Shown: piece by piece, positions 59,699-64,000 of the stretch
Layout: the number at the start of each line of letters is the position of its first letter
How positions within the stretch are numbered: position 1 is the first letter of the stretch
Assembly: GCA_965248915.1 (NCBI GenBank)
Contig: OZ252216.1
Coordinates: 153,091 to 217,090 of the forward strand
Length of the DNA: 64,000 nt
DNA from: Alphaproteobacteria bacterium
GTDB taxonomy: Bacteria > Pseudomonadota > Alphaproteobacteria > M2410
Reading direction: 5' to 3'
Notes under the pieces: generated by a model
Database searches by the model: none
What the model was told of the DNA's origin: nothing
Seen by the model: only the letters and a program-made list of their open reading frames with translations
Position numbers and translations under genes: made by a program

Positions 59699-61162
59699 CT
59701 AGATGCGCCAAAACGCAGGTGTAAAGAGGACAAGAACGGTAAAGAGTTCCAATCGACCAAGGAGCATGCCAAGCGACATGAGCCACTTTGCGCCGTCAGG
59801 TAGCGTTGCAAATGTGCCGTCAGGACCAACAATGTCGCCAAGGCCCGGTCCTACATTGGCGATCGCGGTTGCTGCCGCCGACATTGCCGTCAATGTATCG
59901 AGACCGAGGGCCGTAAGTGCCAGTGCCAACACCCCGAAACACACAAAAAACAGAAAAAAGAAACTCGCGACCGATGAAACGACGCTTTGATCGATCTTTT
60001 TTCCGTTGTATCGCGGCGCAAAAATGCCGCTGGGGTGGATGAGCTTTTTGAGTTGAACGCGCATGGCTTGAAAGATCACTTGGAATCGAAAGATCTTGAT
60101 TCCACAAGAAGTCGATCCGGCGCAGCCCCCAATGAACATGATGCAGAAAAACGAAACGACCGCAAAATTCCCCCAACCACTGTAGTTGGTGGTCGCATAT
60201 CCAGTGCCAGTCAAAATGGATATCACATTGAAGGATGCATCTCGCATGGATTGGCTGAGATCACTGCCTCCGCTCAAGGTACGAAACGCAACCAAGAGAG
60301 CAATTAGAAAAATCACCGTGACCAGAAACCAGTGCACCTGAGTGTCACGCAACAGGGGCTTTGCCCTCCCTCTGATAGCTTGCAAATAAAGCGCAAAAGG
60401 CATCGAGCCAATCAACATAAAGACGATGGAAATTGTCTCAAGCGTCTGCGATTGGAAAGCACCGAACGAACCATCGCGGGTCGAAAAACCACCGGTTGCG
60501 ATTGTCGTCATCGCATGGCAAGTCGCGTCAAATGCGGTCATGCCAGCGCTCCAATAGGCGATGGCGCAGATGGTAGACAGCCCGACATATAGCGCAGTGA
60601 TTGATCCAGCGATCTGTGTCGCGCGAGGCAAGATCTTCTCAGAGGTGTCTGACGATTCAAGACGGAAGAGTTGCATACCCCCAATCTGCAACATAGGCAG
60701 GACGGCGATCGCCATGACAATGATACCAATGCCTCCGAGCCATTGCAGGAGGGCGCGCCAAAGCAAAATGCCAGGGGGCACTGAATCGAGGCCGACCAAA
60801 ATGGTGGAACCGGTGGTTGTCAGACCGGACATGGATTCAAAGAAAGAATCTGTATAGCTCAACCCAAGATCGGAAAAGACAAACGGCAGCGCCGCGAACG
60901 CCACCATGACAATCCAGGCCAGTGTCGTCAAAACGAACGCTTCTTTGAGACCCAACGCAGATTTGCTACCTAAGTTCGTTAGGCAAAGAGCCAATCCGAA
61001 AAAGACGGTTGCCGAGGAAGCAATCAAGAAAACCTGCCAGTCGGGATTGCCAACCGCCAAATCGACCATGGCCGGTAGCAACATCGCGCCGCCGAGCGTT
61101 GCAAGCAAAAGACCGATAACCTGAATGATGGGACGAAATTTCTGCAATTGAGCTCGATCCAC
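59699..61162 (-). CDS. trkH: TrkH-family potassium uptake protein
   Basis: 487 aa, polytopic, with TrkH-typical repeated M-P-M segments (…TTTGSTIL…, …GGFSTRDGS…, …ILTGTGYATTN…). Confidence 0.9.
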   Translation of the reverse strand: MDRAQLQKFRPIIQVIGLLLATLGGAMLLPAMVDLAVGNPDWQVFLIASSATVFFGLALCLTNLGSKSALGLKEAFVLTTLAWIVMVAFAALPFVFSDLGLSYTDSFFESMSGLTTTGSTILVGLDSVPPGILLWRALLQWLGGIGIIVMAIAVLPMLQIGGMQLFRLESSDTSEKILPRATQIAGSITALYVGLSTICAIAYWSAGMTAFDATCHAMTTIATGGFSTRDGSFGAFQSQTLETISIVFMLIGSMPFALYLQAIRGRAKPLLRDTQVHWFLVTVIFLIALLVAFRTLSGGSDLSQSMRDASFNVISILTGTGYATTNYSGWGNFAVVSFFCIMFIGGCAGSTSCGIKIFRFQVIFQAMRVQLKKLIHPSGIFAPRYNGKKIDQSVVSSVASFFFLFFVCFGVLALALTALGLDTLTAMSAAATAIANVGPGLGDIVGPDGTFATLPDGAKWLMSLGMLLGRLELFTVLVLFTPAFWRI

Positions 61163-61282
61163 ATGGAATGCGCGAAAGCGCCTCTAGGCCTCAATAAGAA
61201 GGGCTAGGGCGTAATCGTGAGGAGGTCAAGAAAAACACATCTTCGATGCGCCAAAACCGCCACTCTTCCTCAAGGATCTAAT

Positions 61283-61990
61283 TCAGTCGTTCACGACGCT
61301 GGAGGGATTGCCGATAATCGTTAGGAATTCACGGCGGGTCATGGGATCTGTACGGAAAGCGCCGAGCATTTGGCTTGTCACCATTGATACACCTGGCTTG
61401 TGGACGCCCCGTGTCGTCATGCATTGGTGTGTTGCCTCGATAACCACTGCAACGCCACGAGGCTGCAGGACATCTTGAATGCACTGCGCAATCTGCGCTG
61501 TCATTTTTTCTTGCACTTGAAAACGCCGCGCATAGGTTTCGACCACACGCGCGAGCTTGCTGATGCCAACAACGCGAGCGTCCGGCAGATAAGCCACATG
61601 TGCGCGTCCGATGATTGGAGCCATGTGGTGTTCGCAGTAGGACTCAAGGCGAATGTTCTTGAGCAAGACGACTTCGTCATAGCCTTCGACTTCTTCAAAC
61701 GTTCGTTGAAGGTATTCCACCGGATCATCGTGATAGCCGGCAAACCATTCTTCGTAGGCACGTGCAACCCGCGCTGGGGTGTCCGCGAGCCCTTCACGCG
61801 ATGGATCGTCTCCAGCCCAACACAAAAGAGTGCGAACCGCTTCTTCGGCCTCTTTCCTTGTTGGCTTTATCGGTTTGCTCGCTTGCGAAGTCGCTGCTTT
61901 GAGATTTGTCAAGGCTGGCTCCTTAGGAATTTCAATACGCTTTTGATCGTGATCCGGTGGCGATCTATGTGCCCACCCAGTATAGCTCAT
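61283..61990 (-). CDS. folE: GTP cyclohydrolase I
   Basis: …[39 protein letters not shown]… and the CEHHMAPI zinc site. The N-terminal extension, and therefore the true start, is uncertain. Confidence 0.9.
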   Translation of the reverse strand: MSYTGWAHRSPPDHDQKRIEIPKEPALTNLKAATSQASKPIKPTRKEAEEAVRTLLCWAGDDPSREGLADTPARVARAYEEWFAGYHDDPVEYLQRTFEEVEGYDEVVLLKNIRLESYCEHHMAPIIGRAHVAYLPDARVVGISKLARVVETYARRFQVQEKMTAQIAQCIQDVLQPRGVAVVIEATHQCMTTRGVHKPGVSMVTSQMLGAFRTDPMTRREFLTIIGNPSSVVND

Positions 61991-62111
61991 TTTTGTGCTG
62001 ACGGGAGAGGGTCACATCAAATTGACCACTTAGTGCGATCCGCCAATCCGTCAACAAAAAGCCCTGACATCCAGAAAATCCCTATAGGCCAAACAAACCG
62101 TCAATTTGCCG

Positions 62112-63320
62112 TTACTGGGTATTGAACGCCCTTTGCAAGTCGCGGCACAAATCCTCTCCGTTTTCAAGGCCAACCGACAATCTCAGGAGCCCCGGGCGAA
62201 TGCCGAGTTCCGCCCGCGCTGCCGCGCTGAGTTTCGAATGTGTCGTGGTCGAGGGGTGGGTGATCAAACTCTTAGCATCGCCCAGATTGTTCGAGATTCT
62301 GATGATCTCAAGCTTGTTGGCGACCTTAAAGGCGCGCTCTTTTCCGCCCTCGATCTCAAAGGCAACCACATTACCACCTCGCAGCATTTGCTTCGTTGCC
62401 AAATCCCTTTGTGGATGGTCGGACCGTCCTGGATAGAGAGCCTGGGTCACCAAGGGATGATCGGCCAAGAATTCCGCCACCAATTCAGCGTTGTCGCAAT
62501 GCCTATGAACCCGCAGGTCCAACGTCTCAAGGCTCTTGAGAAGTACCCATGCATTAAACGGCGAGAGGGTGGGTCCAGTGTTGCGCAAGAATGGTTTGAG
62601 ATCTTTGAGAATGAACTCTTCATCATTAGACAGAACAATCCCGCCCAGACACCGACCTTGTCCATCAATGTGTTTTGTCGCGCTATAAATCACAATGTCT
62701 GCACCTAGGTCCAAAGGCTTTTGAAGGATGGGTGTTGCAAAAACGTTATCAACGATCAATCGCGCGCCTGCATTTTTAGCAAGAGCGGCAACAGCCGAGA
62801 CATCCACCAAGCTGACAGTGGGGTTCGAGGGCGTCTCAAGGAAGAACGCCTTGGTATTGGGTTGGATCGCGTCTTTCCAAGCGTCAATGCTCTCGCCGTC
62901 CACCAGTGTTGAAGTGATGCCGAGCCTCGGGCACAAAGTCTCAACAACATATCGACAAGACCCAAAGAGGGCTTTCGCCGCGACAATGTGGTCCCCGGCC
63001 GAAAGAGCCGACAAGAGCGCTGAAGTGACCGCTGCCATACCTGTCGCGGTTGCGCGCGCCAAATTGGCGCCTTCGAGCAGGCACATCCGGTCTTCAAACA
63101 TTTGGACCGTTGGATTTTCAAACCGACTATAGGCAAAGCCGTCATCTTGTTCTTTGAAACGGGCTTCCGCCTGTTCTGCATTTTCGTAGATGTACCCGGA
63201 GGTAAGAAAGATCGATTCGCTGGTCTCGCCAAACTGCGATCTCTGCGTGCCGCCATGTACCTGGCGTGTCTGTGCGTGCCATTCGCGCGCTTTTTCGAGG
63301 TCTTTTGATGTGTCCGTCAT
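62112..63320 (-). CDS. metZ: O-succinylhomoserine sulfhydrylase (Cys/Met-metabolism PLP enzyme)
   Basis: Cys/Met metabolism PLP fold (…IVIYSATKHIDGQG… PLP-lysine region). MetZ-like N-terminus …WHAQTRQVHGG…. Confidence 0.85.
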   Translation of the reverse strand: MTDTSKDLEKAREWHAQTRQVHGGTQRSQFGETSESIFLTSGYIYENAEQAEARFKEQDDGFAYSRFENPTVQMFEDRMCLLEGANLARATATGMAAVTSALLSALSAGDHIVAAKALFGSCRYVVETLCPRLGITSTLVDGESIDAWKDAIQPNTKAFFLETPSNPTVSLVDVSAVAALAKNAGARLIVDNVFATPILQKPLDLGADIVIYSATKHIDGQGRCLGGIVLSNDEEFILKDLKPFLRNTGPTLSPFNAWVLLKSLETLDLRVHRHCDNAELVAEFLADHPLVTQALYPGRSDHPQRDLATKQMLRGGNVVAFEIEGGKERAFKVANKLEIIRISNNLGDAKSLITHPSTTTHSKLSAAARAELGIRPGLLRLSVGLENGEDLCRDLQRAFNTQ

Positions 63321-63334
63321 TTTCGTTGTTCCAA

Positions 63335-63361
63335 TAAAAAACCCGCCTCTGACCGGGCGGG
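63335..63361 (-). terminator. intrinsic terminator/attenuator hairpin inside the metZ 5' leader
   Basis: On the minus strand: CCCGCC-CGGUCAGA-GGCGGG followed by UUUUUUAUU. It ends about 14 nt before the metZ ATG. Confidence 0.5.
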
Positions 63362-63432
63362 GAGAACAACGCCCGACCTTTTAGCGTTTTGAGTTTCCTC
63401 GTGGCCGCAAGCCGGTCGGCTCAAATCACCAC
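63362..63432 (-). promoter_or_regulatory. structured metZ leader; candidate SAM-responsive riboswitch aptamer (SAM-II/SAM-V-like motifs)
   Basis: The leader contains GAUUUGAGCC…GGCUUGCGGCC…AAAACGCUAAAAGG. A long-range helix CCGACC/GGUCGG is possible. GGGCG immediately 3' of it can pair with the 5' arm of the terminator, giving an antiterminator mutually exclusive with P1. Confidence 0.35.
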
Positions 63433-63440
63433 TACTTGGT

Positions 63441-63469
63441 TCAATAGGCGCTCATCGCTTTCACGTCAA
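63441..63469 (-). promoter_or_regulatory. sigma70-like promoter for metZ (TTGACG-N17-TATTGA)
   Basis: -35 and -10 hexamers read on the minus strand with an exact 17-nt spacer, about 110 nt upstream of the metZ ATG. Confidence 0.4.
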
Positions 63470-63684
63470 GAGAGGGCAAGAGATTCGGATCCAATCCAAT
63501 CGACCTTGGGGGTAAGTTGAGCCCGGTTTGGCCCATTTACCATATTCAGCTAGGATTTCTCGGCTTAACTCCGAGGGCGCCCTGTGGATAACTTTGTGGG
63601 TTACTTCCTGCTTGGCTTGCTGTAACACATTGAAATATAAACACAATCCAATCGGATTCGCGTTGAATTTTCCTGGAGTCCCAT

Positions 63685-64000
63685 ATGTCGCGTGCGACAG
63701 GCATTTTGCCAAACCAAACACTCAAAGCCCTCCTGCGGGATGGTGAGATCTTGGGCGATCCGGACATCCTCGCGGATCAAATTCAACCTGCGAGCATTGA
63801 CCTCAGATTGGGCGCTACGGCGTACCGAATACGCGCAAGTTTTTTGCCGGGTCCAGGCCAAGCCGTACGGGACAAGCTTTCAGAAGTCCTTATGCACGAG
63901 ATCGACCTGTCGGAAGGAGCGGTACTCGAACGCGGCTGTGTTTACTTGGTTCCTTTGATGGAGAAGCTCGCACTTTCTGACCGCATCTCAGGTTCCGCCA
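63685..64000 (+). CDS. dcd: dCTP deaminase (long alphaproteobacterial type), 5' partial - runs off the window
   Basis: Manual translation from the ATG at about 63685 gives MSRATGILPNQTLKALLRDGEILGDPDILADQIQPASIDLRLG…. This matches the Dcd N-terminus. The ORF stays open to the window end, so it is absent from the ORF track. Confidence 0.65.
   Translation, partial: MSRATGILPNQTLKALLRDGEILGDPDILADQIQPASIDLRLGATAYRIRASFLPGPGQAVRDKLSEVLMHEIDLSEGAVLERGCVYLVPLMEKLALSDRISGSA

Noticed and set aside
59609-59803. Apparent +-1 nt disagreement between my base-by-base reading and the ORF-track translations around 59640-59701 (argE/trkH junction)
   Set aside because: Most likely my own mis-indexing of the printed sequence at line boundaries. 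The ORF track was treated as authoritative, so coordinates I derived by direct counting in that segment may be off by one.
63461-63721. 86-aa minus-strand ORF upstream of metZ
   Set aside because: It overlaps the start of dcd on the other strand and the metZ promoter/leader, and has no homology. The region is better explained as regulatory RNA plus the dcd 5' end.
1-64000. Searched for CRISPR arrays, integrases/transposases, toxin-antitoxin pairs and defence-system hallmarks (nucleases, helicases, methyltransferases)
   Set aside because: None found. The only Abi-named family member is the CPBP protease, which is far more often a housekeeping or immunity membrane protease than a phage-defence gene.

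Overview
This 64-kb window looks like ordinary chromosomal DNA from an alphaproteobacterium. It carries gcrA, the cell-cycle regulator restricted to Alphaproteobacteria, with DnaA boxes upstream. It also has the argD-argF-hslO and metZ-folE arrangements typical of the class. Genes are densely packed on both strands, with about 55 protein genes. I found no rRNA, tRNA, CRISPR array, transposase or integrase.

Gene content is mostly lipid, acyl-CoA and amino-acid metabolism:
- Two crotonases, a thiolase, two adjacent acyl-CoA dehydrogenases, a nitronate monooxygenase (FabK-like), an SDR oxidoreductase and an Old Yellow Enzyme reductase.
- The sdaA-tdh-kbl serine/threonine/glycine catabolic block.
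- mtnA plus an mtnB-like class II aldolase.
- argD, argF, argE-like, trkH, folE, metZ, and the start of dcd.

Four loci stand out:
1. At about 1.9-10.0 kb, two divergent B12-binding radical SAM paralogs are convergently arranged next to a UPF0104/LPG-synthase-TM-type membrane protein. A GMC oxidoreductase-MFS pair follows. This resembles the hpnL/hpnJ side-chain tailoring module of hopanoid clusters, but no squalene-hopene cyclase is present, so I read it as a candidate uncharacterized membrane-lipid tailoring system.
2. At 21.6-28.2 kb, a compact Kennedy-pathway cassette: gpsA divergent from WS/DGAT -> plsB -> a HAD-IB::PlsC fusion with a Lys/Ala-rich tail. The HAD domain could supply the missing phosphatidate phosphatase step.
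3. At 12.9-16.9 kb, a fused alpha/beta TPP-dependent E1 is translationally coupled to a FabD-like acyltransferase, followed by a CPBP intramembrane protease. No E2 or E3 partner is in the window.
4. At 63.3-63.5 kb, the metZ leader has a sigma70-like promoter, a P1/antiterminator/terminator arrangement, and SAM-II-like motifs.

Smaller observations:
- A decayed lipoprotein esterase whose signal peptide is restored by one extra base in an A6 run.
- DnaA boxes in the gcrA region.
- An in-frame 12-nt x3 repeat in the GMC oxidoreductase.
- An orphan ubiX with no ubiD.
- A lone ABC-2 permease.

Many gene starts in the ORF track are alternative codons or carry N-terminal over-extensions. I corrected them where the sequence supports it.
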